DNA from: Cercozoa sp. M6MM
Taxonomy: Eukaryota; Protista; Endomyxa: Ascetosporea
DNA length: 64,000 bases
Assembly (NCBI GenBank): GCA_040357565.1
Contig: JBDODJ010000010.1
Strand: one strand, 5' to 3'
Positions 11,187-23,990 of the stretch are shown here, in pieces (positions within the stretch are counted from its first letter, which is position 1; each line of letters begins with the position of its first letter). The notes beneath the pieces were generated by a model. The model had not been told where the DNA came from. It saw nothing but the letters and a program-made list of their open reading frames with translations, and ran no database searches. The translations under genes and the position numbers were made by a program.

Positions 11187-13348
11187 ATGCCTTCCTCCAA
11201 CAGCAGCTCAGGCACGTCGAGTAAAGCCCCTTCCATAGCGTCGAGCTTGAATGGCATGAGTCATGAGCGCGAGTTGGCTGCAATAAACGGGCTGACTGCA
11301 TTACGTCGATCGAGTAACTTTCTCCTACAACACCAAATTTATATTTTGACGAGAATTGGTGAAAGATTGACTGGGAGCCGTTTCTTTAGTGTTACCCCGG
11401 CGCAGTCGCTCGCTGTTACGCGACATTTCGTGCAACGACGACTCCGATGACTATAGACTTGCTGATGCGGAGAAAGAAGAAGAAGCGGAAGAGGATTTCG
11501 AGATTTGCTTAGACAGTCGTCGCTCCAGAAGAAAGCGCCGCACGCTGTACGAGAGGGAGGAAGGGCCGGCGCTCGCCGACTCGCTCGAGTATCCGGTGAA
11601 GAAGAAGCGCTGCACCGCACGTGCTCAGACAGCTGATAGCAACAAAGTCTACTGCTCTATGTGTAAGACCACGATGTAAGTTCTCTCATGCATTATTTTT
11701 TATTTGTCCGCATTTTCTATCTTCGGTGTGCATTTTCCGTTTGTTTCTAGGACCTCTCACAACAAACCGCAGTTGTTCGCACACTGTATGAATACGATTC
11801 ACCGAATATTTATGTTCAACGAATACCGATGAATGTTTAGTCGCTGGCCACTTTGGACTGAAATGGCTCAGACTGCGCTCTGCCCCTCATCTGACCCATT
11901 GGAGTTACTCAGGCCTTTCGACCCTCGGTAGATTCACGCTCAACATAACTCTTAGTTTTAATTTTTGAACGAAAGCAAACTTTTAGCACGCAAGCACGGC
12001 ATGCTGCATAAGAAGAACCCAGAAAATCGTAGCGGTGCAGCAGCTAGACTTAGTGTCGCCGAAGTGGAACAGCTACTTTCCAAAAGCAACTGGACTCGAG
12101 TTTTGAAGAAGTGCATCAACGAGGAAATCGTCGAGGCCTTTCGAATGTTGCAACGCCTCGTAGCAGACGAAAAATGTCTTTGCTTCTTCGACACGGCCAA
12201 GGCAACAGAATTCAATGTCCGCAAACGCTCCACGCTGCACCTTCCCGCCGAGATTCGTGCCGAAATTCTCGGTAAAGGTAATACTTAAAATACGATTAAA
12301 AATCTACAATCAACCAGTATGTGTGCACCTGTTTGTTACCTCTCCTGCCTAGAAAATAACGACAAGGATGAAACGCAGGTCCAAGAAGACGAGAACGAAA
12401 CTATCTCCTGTTTGAGTGTAAAATTTAAAAGCTACCCGTTTGCAGACAATGTTATGTCCTTAAAAGTGCAGTTTGTATATTTTTCTTTTCAAACGGCAGG
12501 CTGAGACTACTCTGGATAGTTCTTTTGGAGGAAAAAGACCCGTGACGCTTGGAAGCATCGTCGGAAGGTGTGCCTTCAACTCAGATTTGCGTACTACAGA
12601 CAGCTCCGTAGCGCACAGGCTGAGAAGCAAGGTTAATCCTTTTGGAGCGAGAAGTTGGATTTTTAAAAACGCAGCACAAGCTGCAAGTGCGGTGGTGCGC
12701 GCACACGTAGCTTCAAAGCAGGCCAGAACAGTGTTTCCGACGGGAATTCCTGCTTTCAGCGCTCGCAATATCAAAAGCCAAAGCAATCAGCTGACTGCGC
12801 GTATCACCGGTATCACTTTTGATAGCGTCGTACAAACGTATGAACGAAACTTGACTTTCCTTGTAGCACTAAAGCAAGAACTGGCCAAGCTTGAGAGGGA
12901 GCAAATGCTTGCTGCACAGAAGGCAACATTTGCGCAGAACTTTGAGAACGAGTTCAATCGCTGTGCAAGGTAACTTTAGCTAGTCTTCAATTTCCCTTCA
13001 CGCAATGGTCTCTTAGCGAACACTTGATTTCCAACGATGCAAGCACACGCAACGTGTTTTTTCAACTGCTGCAATGCGACAGCCTCGAGAATATTCCAGA
13101 CGACCTCCCTCCACAGCAGCAACTGCGGCAGCAGTATCGGCAACAACATCAACGGAATGTGCAACTTAGCTTGCCTTCTCTTCACGGCAGTGTGTCAAAC
13201 GTATCGTCGCAGCAAAAGTACGTTTTTTTAAACATTTGCTTCAACCATCGTAGAGATCATATCTATTTCCCACTGTTGCGCTAGTCTTCACAACGTCTCG
13301 ACAAATGGCACTTTTGCGAGCATGCCAACTTTTACCCTATCTGTTTAG
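11187..13348 (+). CDS. Hypothetical protein with a matrin/U1-like C2H2 zinc finger, basic NLS-like motif and C-terminal coiled coil/Gln-rich region
   Basis: Spliced VYCSMCKTTM|TSHNKPQLFAHCMNTIH; PVKKKR; LKQELAKLEREQ; ends approximate. Confidence 0.55.
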
Positions 13349-14012
13349 ACGGAATACTGTCGAAACACCACAAATTCAAGTCAAGTAGTGACCAGGCATT
13401 TACGTTTCTCGCTGCGCGCTGTTCTCGCCTGTCACGACACCGAATTGAAATGAACCGAACCGACTTCGACTGCACTGATTGATTGCTGGTTCTATTTAAC
13501 AACCAAGCGTCGGATGCCTAGTCATTAGGGTCGGAGATTATTACGCCCGGCAAGTGAGCTCACCGACTACTCGCTGGCGATCGTTTTAAGAGGGTCGCAC
13601 GAAGTCAACAGGGGGAGGGTGGCGATCTCCTGAGAAAGTGGCGCGCGCGACCGACACGGCAGACGAGCTCCCATCTCTAAACTCGCCTGACTTGGTCTTG
13701 AAGGCGTTCACCTTCGACGCTCAACGTCATCACGACAGTGCAGTGGACGGAGATGGGGTGCGCCTTGTCGTCGTCATATCCAGCGGCTTGAACCGCGCGT
13801 GCATGGAGAGGCGAGGGAAGAACTGCCAGACAAAGACTTGCCCACTGCCACGCGCATGCCATTCACGTTGTGCACGAGGTAACGTGAGCGAATTCGGCGG
13901 TTTGATGTGGTAATGCCACATGGGACGGGCCAGGCAAAACGCACAAAGTGCAAAACAAGAATGCGTGCGGGGCTCCCCGTGACCCTTAGCACTCCCGCAG
14001 TCAGACGCCAGT

Positions 14013-14094
<82 letters not shown>

Positions 14095-14194
14095 NNNNNN
14101 NNNNNNNNNNNNNNNNNNNNNNNNNNNNNNNNNNNNNNNNNNNNNNNNNNNNNNNNNNNNNNNNNNNNNNNNNNNNNNNNNNNNNNNNNNNNNN

Positions 14195-14248
<54 letters not shown>
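14013..14248. repeat. (CA)n microsatellite containing an assembly gap
   Basis: CA array flanking 100 N. Confidence 0.95.
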
Positions 14249-14251
<3 letters not shown>

Positions 14252-14542
14252 AGTACACTAAGAAGCCACGACGGCAGAGGCTTCAACTGCACTGCTGTCG
14301 CGGGAATACGAATAAACACCAGTGTCTCCACCTGAGGTGACTGCGATTTAACTTAACCACAGTACGAGTAATGATGGGCTAGAGTCGAGCACACTGGGTC
14401 TGTACATAGGCCCGACCTGCCCCCGGACCTTCGTTTCCAGACTACAGCAGTAAGGTGGTCGACGCGGGCGATGACGAGTCGAGTAGAACGGAAGCGACGG
14501 GCGGATGTCAGCACGATAATCATGTTACAGAGACGTCAGCCA

Positions 14543-17500
14543 CTAACTTTTGTCGATCGCGTCGGGAAACCCCAACGCACTGTCGTGCATGAAGGAGTGC
14601 AGCTTTTGTGCGTTCATCTTGCCGATCCTAGAAAACAAAAATACGAATAAGGACAATTATATAGAAGAGACACGGGCGAGGAAATCTTCTGAATAGTGCA
14701 GTGGTACCACTTCTCTAAATCCTTCTTGGACGCAGCACAAAGCTGTTTGATGCTACCGGCGTTTCTTGCGAGTCTGGGGGTTTTGCACGCATCAAACAGG
14801 AGAGAAAAACTGTGTTAGCAGGGGAGGGTACAGTCGACTATTCTGTGGCGTAACACCCGGCATTTTGCTCAGCCTACATTGACTACCAGGTACGATTAAA
14901 AACGCGGATTGTGCATTAGTACATGTCCATTGGTGTCGTATCGTACTGTTCTTGTGCAGTCTGACCACGGGGAATGCCAGAGATGTTCAAATAACGATGG
15001 GCAGAGAGAAACTACGTCATGCACGGTGGCAGCCAGGTGCACATCGGGCTGTGCCTCACCTTTTTTGATGAGACGAAACAGACGCTGCACACGTATTGGA
15101 CACATGTGAAGCATATACTCCCTATCGGACAGTAAGCCATGCTAATCAAGCTACCGCGGTGTGGGCAGCTCCACGCGACCATATCACTCGCAGCGACGGA
15201 AACTGCCGTATTAAACCCGACAACTGGACACAAAGACACCGTATCACACACACAAAGACACGGTACAAGGAACAAGGATAGGTCTACTTGCGCCATGGTG
15301 TCCTTGTTGCGCACGTGTGTCGGCACAGCTGCAGCACCCGGGTGCAGGCCAAACTGTTCGCGACTGTCGAATTCCACCAGCAACACCGGCCGCTCGTACA
15401 GGCGGCACATCTGAGCGGCAGTAGCAGGGACATCAGCAGGGACAGCAGGGGATGTCACGGGTGGAAACCAAAAACCATAAACACCTGCGTAGCTTGCGTG
15501 AACAGCCGACCGCAATCGAGTGAATGCCGCAGATCGGCCGGCGACTTGCGCTCCACGCACACCGCCGGCGTAAGCACGTAGTCTGCACGAAAAAATCCTC
15601 TGCGATCCACTTCAAGGTAGACAGAATTACCACCAACGGCAAGTGTCACCGGGACTACCTTGATTCCATGTGCATGCAGCATGCCTACACACCTCTCGCA
15701 CTTATCTCTCTGAAGTTATTCCCTAAAGCATACCCGGCAGTGACGATCGAAATTCGCGGACATCGACAATGACCGAAGCTTGCTTCTTCCGCGCGGAGGT
15801 TTCGCGGTCGTTGTCGTTGCTGGTGTTATCGCTGTCATCGTCGACGAGGTCGACATTGGCGACCTTGGCGAAAGTTGCACTGCCTCGCAGGTTGATCACC
15901 TTGTCGAACGCACTCTGGGAGTGAAGGAACATTAAAGATAGTGGAAATGTAATCAGGGAGGGGAGGGGGCACATGCTCACGTCGCAATTGCGCACGAAAA
16001 CGCAGGTCTTCGGCTGAGTCTTTGTATGCCAGCAGGTGCACATACAGCGTGTCACTCTACCACATGGAGAACAGGAGACAATGACACAGGGTATAAGGGT
16101 GAAGTTTGACACACCTCTGCCTGCTGTTCCACTGCCTGACCGTTGTTTAGTCTTTCCTACGCACTCGAAACTGGGTGGAGACAGAAGGTAACAAAGTACG
16201 GGGGGGGGGGAACCTGATCCTCCGCCTCCTTTTGCAACTTGTCTGCCAGGAGGTTGGCCTGTAGGTTAGAGATGAAAAGGGTTAACGGAAATATAAAAAA
16301 GTAGAGGAACCTGCAGGATTTCGAGTTCCCGAATGGCGGCAGTGTCCGGTGCGAGCAGAATCACGTGCCGCGGACTGATCTACGCAGACATACACCGACG
16401 CACATCACCGCTACCACTGACCACAACTAGAATGATCCACATGGTACCAAAGGCAAGTGCGTCAGAGCCGAGTGGCCGACCAAGAAGATAATCACGTTGT
16501 CCTGTGCTTAAAGAGACCCGTATTGCCTGGTACCGCCCTCCGATACCTGCCATTACCTTGTTGTCGAAGACGACGAAATCGGCGCCCTGCAGTGCCTTGC
16601 CCTTGTACCTGCAAAACATACCACATTTGCCACACCAACACACCTGTCCGCGCGGGTAGACACAGGTACTTACTTGGCACTGTCCTTGATCTTGGCCAAC
16701 ACCGAAGCCAATGTCTGCTGCTGCTCCCATGCGTAGTGTAGGGGTACAAGGGCAACAAAAGGAAGAGGTAAAAAGGCCAGTAGAAGCAACCGTCTCGGAA
16801 TAATCATCGAGCGTCGTTTGCCGCTCGCGTTTCTCGCCAGCACTTGCGGCTTCCTCGTTTTTCTATAAATGAGTTAATTCATCGTCGGGTATGACGCTAG
16901 CAGGGTGCTGCTCCTCGGCACTAATCACTAGCAGCGTACCTCTGTGCTAAAGCCGCGCCGCATGGCGCACAGTTTGGCGTACTTTCGCATAAATTCAGCG
17001 TCGGCCTCGATCTCCTGTGCCAAGAATAATCTCAAACGAGGCCAACGATACAGACGTGGGTACCACCAACGTCTCACGGAGTGCATGACTGTGGCATTGC
17101 GTTTCCTGTCCACGTAACCGTGGTGAAGGAAGAACGGCAGGGTGGGAGGGGGGGGGTGTAAACCAAGTAAGTTTTGTCCGGCAACGCCTGCTGCGACACC
17201 TTCGGCCGACTGCGCAGGTACTCCATCCACTGCGCGCGCGTGCTGTCCCACAAATACAAATAAGTCCACAAATAAGTCCACCAGACCTATTATTCGTTCA
17301 GCGATTAAAATACAGAAATGAGACTGGGTCGTCCGCGCGGACGGTCAGCAGTTCGCACAGCGCGAAGGCGGCGTACCAGTCGCGCGTGCACACCACCACC
17401 GGCCGTGTCGCTACCGGAGAGCTTAAATAAGGACAAAGAGGAACAGAACACTGATGGGCAGTATGCTACTCTTGGGCATGATTTCGTGCATGGTTTCCAG

Positions 17501-19931
17501 AAACACGTTCCACCGAGCGTTTGGTTCCAGAATGGGCTAAAAGGCAAGACAGGTACAAAAGATGCAAGAGAGGTAAATGGATACCAGACAGCGCAGCGAA
17601 TCGATGCTTTTGTAACGTCCACGCACGCCCTTGTGCACCTCTTGTATCTAGAAGAGGCAACCAGAGTGTAAAGGAGCTCACAGGGGGGAGCGGGGATAAC
17701 AAAGGGAACGGAGTAACAGGGTGTAACATGGGGCAACAGTATAAGAGAAGACGAGGCAACAAGGAGGCAAAAGATACACGGTAGACACGCGACTCAACGG
17801 CGCGAAGCACCTGTCGTGCCAACGGAGAGGTAGCCCACGAGGTGTCCTTGGTGGTGCGCCACAACTGCCTGGAAGAACACAATGTCTAGGGGGAGCACCA
17901 AGAGTAGCAGGAGAGTTTAATGGTGTGGCCAAAAGATACTTGACGTGTCGCAAAAAACACACAACGTCGCGCTGCGTTAGAAACTGCTGCAGTTTTTGGA
18001 GTTCCCTGAGGGAAAGAGAGCAACGGGTACACTCGGAGCACGGAGGTCTCAAATGGACAAGGGTACAACATCGCGTTCATAAGCGTGCGAGCCTTGGCGC
18101 TGAGTGCGACGCCGCGCAACTCCTGCCGCAACTGCCATCTGAAACTGAAGTGGAATGAGTGGGATAAAAAAGGGAAAGACGGGTAGAGCAAAGCTACTCG
18201 CGAAATAGACCGCTCTCCACAGTGATGCGATCCATTGGCGCTTTCGCTGCCACACGCAATTCCTCCAAGCAGTGTTCAGCCAGTGCAAACAGGGCCTGAA
18301 CAGCGTTGTTCATGACACAAGGAGCACTCGGCACTGTGTGAAGTAGCTTAACACAGGGCTTTGTACACGCTGCGCCCTGGCCGTGCCACTCGGCATCGTG
18401 ATTTCGACCTCGCAAATTTGCAGCTGAGGGATAAAGGGTATAACGGGCAAAGGGATGACGGTGTAGAAGAAGTGATAACAAGAGAGGGTACATTCAGTCT
18501 GTCTAAACAATCGGCGACTTCGCTTCGGTAACGAGGCCACAGACACACCTGTCTCACTCTACACAGGCTTTAAGGAGTAGCAGGGTAGCGAAAAGAGTAT
18601 ACCCCAGCAGCCGCATGCGTGCTTCAAGTGGGTTCACGCTGGTACGCAACCGGCGCAGCTCGTCTTCCTGACTGTCTCTCTGTACATTTATACAGGGGGT
18701 AACACAAAATGGACTGATGGAGTAACGGAATAACACAGGCTTGAGTAGGGAAAGGCAGGGAAACTGCAGCATACACTGGAGAGTTCGCCACTGCGAGCGG
18801 CAAGTGACGAGTCGAGAAAGGCCTTCTTGGGCGCGAAGGCCAACTGATGTGGCGCACTCGACATCTACCCAGCCAGATGACCACCCCACTCAGATTACCC
18901 CGTGCACACAAGTTATCACCTAATTATCGCGCAAGGCCCACACAAGTGGTTGCTCTACCGCTCTCATAAACTGGTGCGTGCGTCGATTGGCCACGCCGAA
19001 GGTCTTGACTTCCTGCAAAACGAGAAACTGGGGGGGGGGGGGAGGGATGGGGCAAACAGTTAAAAAGGATAGATACCGGTATTGCTACAGCAGGCGCATA
19101 TACGCGCTTCTCGTCAAACAACCGCACCTGCAGTGGAACAATGAAGACAGTGATTAAAAAAACAGCAACACGAGAGCGAAGGATACCGCAAAGCCATGCG
19201 TTGATAATTCGTCCACCTAGGTGATGGCAACAGAGGGTAACAGGGGATAACAAGGTCACAAAAAGTTAGCAAGCTTACCGTGTGTGCATTCCACACGATC
19301 ATGCCGTCGACGTTGTGCATCGGCACGCAGTTGCGCAGCAGGTCCACCACTGGGGGCGGGGGATAGGGTCAAGTGAGGGGAACGGGAGCACTAGGTCGAT
19401 AAGCTACCTAGAATGCGCGATGTGACAGCGACACAACCACCTCGCAAATACAGTTTCCTGCATCAAGTGTCCATGAACAACCGTCTGCACACTAAGCATG
19501 TGTATACTTGCGATCCTCGGCAGAGTACTCGGCAGTCACCCAGTGGATTTCGGGATTCCGCTTGCCTGCCCAGGTAAGGCAAGTTAGAAGAAAGCTAAGA
19601 GAGAAATAGGACGCTACCCTTGTAATGACGTCGGTGTAGCTCAAGACGCCGGTTTATCTCGAGGCACAGCGCCTCGTTGACACCAACGATGAGCACGAGG
19701 TGTTTGGCGGTGCCGTATCGGTGCACCAGGCCAAGCATCACATCCTCCAGTCGCATACCGGCACCCGCCACCAGCAAAGTGTCGCCGCGACATATCTCAC
19801 GTACCATCGCGCACTGAAACGGCAGCAGGAGCTACAGCAACAGGCAAAGAAATATCAACACAAAGCGACAAAAAACTGATGGCATCGCTCGGTACTGTGT
19901 CGAGGTCGTCTGCGTCGTCCTTAGTGTCCAT
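14543..19931 (-). CDS. ERCC4: DNA repair endonuclease XPF (RAD1/MEI-9)
   Basis: LLPFQ, YLRGGCVAVTSRILVVDLL, nuclease VIVDVREFRSSLPGMLH..DYVLTPAVCVERKS..DL..SL..GRLFTQ..MCRLYERPVLLVEFD, C-terminal IGKMNAQKLHSF*. Confidence 0.92.
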
Positions 19932-20169
19932 GGTAAGAATCCAACCCATTCACACTCACCATGCTATCTGTGCCCAAACAGCACACTAAAAATGCTGGGT
20001 ATAATCTCCCGCCGTTTTGTGCATCGACAGTGCTGCACTGTACAGGACAGAACACAGTCCTACAGCGCAACGAACGCTTTGTCTCGCTAACACGCTCCGA
20101 AATTTGCTCAGTGCAGCTTCGGCTTGTTGCTGTGTGGAGACTTTTTGACTTTTTGGGTTAAAATGCCTT

Positions 20170-21293
20170 ATGAGTGATTGGCTGCCACGCTTTGACTTCA
20201 GCACTGTTGAAGAGTTCCGCGACGAGCCTGACCTAAGTGACGTTGTCACGTAGTTTGGTGTTTTCATTTCTCCCCTTGCTCGTCCCGCAACAATCTGCTG
20301 TGCGTGTGCAGCTGCGCCGTCGAACAAGAAGTTCCTGATATCCTCAACATTGGTAAAGTTCAGATGATTAGTGAGGCGTGCGTTTTATTGAGTCACAACA
20401 AGGTAGCACCCGTCGACGAAGAAGACTTGTGGAACTCAAGCGTGTACAATGTGCTCGACACGCAGCAAACTGACGAAGCAGAGTTCTCTACGTCTCCTGA
20501 AAATAAACCAGAAGAGAGTATCCATCAAGCACTGCCATGTTCAAAAGGCCTTGAAACTGAGGAACAGTCTCGTGCAACAACAGAGAGCCAACGGCCTTCC
20601 AAAAAAGCAGGTATGTGCACACTTTTCTGTTAAACTAAAACGCTGTTCCAACAAGTGCAAGCAGAGAAAGCAACGTTCGGGCGCTGTTTTCGATGCTTCA
20701 AAACGGGACACGATCCGTTCCTGTGTCCCGGACTCTCCTTAGTTGAGCCAGGCGCCAACACTTCCCAAAGGTTTCTAATGTTTTCTTCTTGTATTTTTCC
20801 ACTGCTAGTGGTCGTAGCTCGAAACCCTCAAGTGTCTGTTATCGTTGCAACAAGCCCGGTCACTTCGCGAGGGAATGCACCGCGTCAAAGCCGCCGCCTC
20901 TAATGTTTCTTCTCTGTCCAGATTTGTCTGCGCTTTTTATGATTGCGTGAATTTTGCAGCAAAAAGGACTCTGCGAGCAATCTGAAGTGTTACCTCTGCG
21001 ATGCCTCAGGACACATTGCGTCCAACTGCCAGAGATTCCGGTCAGTTGCTGACAATATCTCGCTTGTGCGCCAGTGCGCATTCTTTCTCTTTTGTAGAAG
21101 CAAAGATGTTTGTTTCCGTTGCAAAAAGCCCGGTCATCGCGTCTCTGAATGCCCTCAGCCTCGCACATGTCATGCATGTGGCCAGCCCGGACATTTTGCG
21201 TCACAATGTGCGTACGCTGGCTTTGTGTTTCATTCACAAACAAAACCCAGCGCTGTAATTCGTTCCAACAGAAAGCGAAGGCGACTCCGTTAA
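20170..21293 (+). CDS. CCHC zinc-knuckle nucleic-acid-binding protein (CNBP/AIR-like, five knuckles)
   Basis: CFRCFKTGHDPFLC, CYRCNKPGHFAREC, CYLCDASGHIASNC, CFRCKKPGHRVSEC, CHACGQPGHFASQC. Confidence 0.85.
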
Positions 21294-21776
21294 CAATGCG
21301 TGGCACACCTCCCACTCAAGCGATCGCATTCTTTGGTGCACCGGCGTTGCCAGAAATTCTAATTCAGTTCTATCTCTATCCTAGCCGATCCTGGTGTTTT
21401 AGTGTTTATGGAACACGAACATAACACACGTCGAAAAGCTATGCTAACTCAGAGAGCGAGAAACGAAATAGCATCTAGTTAAAATCAAAATGATAATTAA
21501 CTCGCTATGCAGGCGTCCTAAGTAGCTGTCCTGCAGCAATAATTACGGTTGTGTATTAATTGTGCCCATTAAAACCGAGTGAGGAAGCATCTGCTAGATG
21601 AAATCGCCCCAAAAACTGAAATCCCAGCATTTTTTAAACAAAAAGAAGACTCGCTAGGACGACTGTAGCGCTGTTTGCTGCAGTGTGGAGATGCGCACGC
21701 ACCAGAGAGGAGTCCACGGACGCAAGCGGGCTCGTGCTAAGTGCGTTTTCTGTTTCACTGAAATGATGGGATTAGA

Positions 21777-23640
21777 ATGTCCACTTTCCACAGGCAAGTC
21801 GCGAGCGTTGAGGTTAGTCAGGATGCCGGCGCTTTAATTGTACAGCAGGACGTATATCTTTGGATACTCTGTGGACTCACTGTCGTGGTTGTAGGGACTT
21901 TCGCGACACAACTTTTCGCACACGCCCAAGCAACACGACTCAAACTGTCAGTTAGATTTCTACGGTGGCGGTGTCACACTCTCCGCTTTCACGCGCGCCC
22001 CTCTGACAGCCGAGGTATGTCGGCATTTCTGCATCTGTGTTGCACCTTCATTTTAGTTTGCCCCACCTCTCCCACGACGACAGGAGCGTGAGGCAGAGCA
22101 GCGAAGGCGAGAGCGAGAGTGGCAGAGCGATGTGTTAGACCGCATGCTACAGGAAGAGGAGGATGCTGAGATGCGTACATTTTCACTTATTGTGTGCGCG
22201 TGTATGTGTGTGTTCTCTGTTCTCTTACCGTATTTTCTTTGTTCTTTGCTCGAGCAGCCTTTTCGAGCAATGTGGTCGCCTTTGAGAGCGATGACGAAAC
22301 CGAAGAAGAATCAAAGCGCGCTGGTCGTTTCGAACGACAGCGCCGCCACGAGTTGCAAGTACTTTACCCTCCCTTGCTTCTGTTCCTGTTACCTTGTGTG
22401 CGAAGCGAAAGCGATTGCGCGAGAGGCACTCGCTCGATTCCGACTGGCCTCTGGGTACGCATGTCGTACACATGTCCTCCTATGGGTCCTATGGGTGGGC
22501 GTAGCTGCAACTAACTTGTACAGATGTCCACTGTGGAGAGTCGCACGGTCACGACACACATCATGAACAGCAACAAGAAGATCAGGAACAACAGAAACTT
22601 GACGAACGCGAGGAGGATGCAGAAGAGCACGGACAACAACAGAGTGGGTCTATGGACTTTCTCGACTTCTGCGAGCAGCACTTCAACGACGATCAGAACC
22701 ACGGCGACAACGGCCATGGTGGTTACGCGACTGAGGATACCCACCACGGGAACTACGACAGTGTGTACCACGAGGATACGTCGCGGCACTGGCGTAGAGT
22801 GCAGCGCTTCGTTCCCTCGAGTCACTCGGTCTCGGACAAGGACGAAGATGCCGACACGGGAAACACGTGCAGTGTTGACATGGATAAAGTGGATGAGGAC
22901 GATACGGACAGCACGAACGCTTCCTACATCACACATACGGTGAGCAAGAGCGCATCTGGGGTCAACACCAAGTGGACGGATTTGTTCGCACCGTCGGCTT
23001 CGGGATTCTCCTTTGGTAACCTTTCCCACCCCTTCCCTTCTCCCGTCACTCTGCTGGCTTACAGGATTTGCGGGCGAATCGAGCACTTCGAATAGCGACG
23101 GCTTTACCTTTGGTTTTAACGTGCCTGCCCAGGTACTTTGCCTTCCGTTTGAACCCATATTTCCTTCTCTTGGCCGACATTTTCCCACCCACGAAAGCAG
23201 GATGAGACGCCGACAGAGTCGTCAAACGTTGTCGTAGCTGATGATGAGCAGGAGTCGCATGCACCGTCGTACCTACTGTTTTTGTCGTCCTTGTATAGCA
23301 ACCCGGCTTGTGTACAGACGGCTGCGCTGGCGTCTGTCGCCCTTCTACCGCGATCCGGGCATCTCGATCTCCCAGCTGCGTGATGACCTGGCCGAACGGT
23401 ACCTTTTATCCCACTAGTACATGGTGCGTCTCCACCCTGGACCCTGTGCAGTCGTCCTTCGCTGCGACAGGAGCTACGACAGATGAAACGCGACGCGCAA
23501 AAGCGGCGTCAACGCGCCCTTGGCAACCGGCGTGGTATCTCGCTAAACGCTGTGTCTGTTGGAAGTTGGATGTTTGTTTTCCACTTGTAGCTGTGCGAGA
23601 CATGATGCGCCGCGCCGCCCTTGAAGGACGAGCCACGTAG
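21777..23640 (+). CDS. Hypothetical protein with N-terminal TM helix and acidic/charged regions
   Basis: YLWILCGLTVVVVGTFA; phase-compatible GT-AG exons to AALEGRAT*. Confidence 0.5.
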
Positions 23641-23990
23641 TCCGTCGGCGTCACTGGCATGTAATTAGAAGCGAAGTCGTCACACGTCAAAAAGACTGCG
23701 TTCGTATACGGTACGATGATCGACAATCGTATCGTAAAGCCTAAATTGAGTAAAGCCTATGAGACTCGCAGAACGCGTCAGGCTGCCTTGCCGCAATAAT
23801 GTAGCTAGACTGCCGCTGTCGTGGGGGTGAACGCATACGATACGCAACACAAGTCGAAGTTTCACCGTCCGCGCCGGTCGCTTGCAGGCGGTGTCGGTTT
23901 GTGTTTGTGTTACTGCCAGCATCAATAAATCTCCTTGGCTGACTACGTACGGTACGGTACAGTAAAATGAGTCGTCAGTTAGTTCAGTCT

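Noticed and set aside
13550-14331. Possible additional minus-strand gene
   Set aside because: Could not build a consistent spliced frame or recognise homology; interrupted by a gap
13730-14340. CVCVCV/HTHTHT ORFs here and at other arrays
   Set aside because: Translations of microsatellites and N gaps
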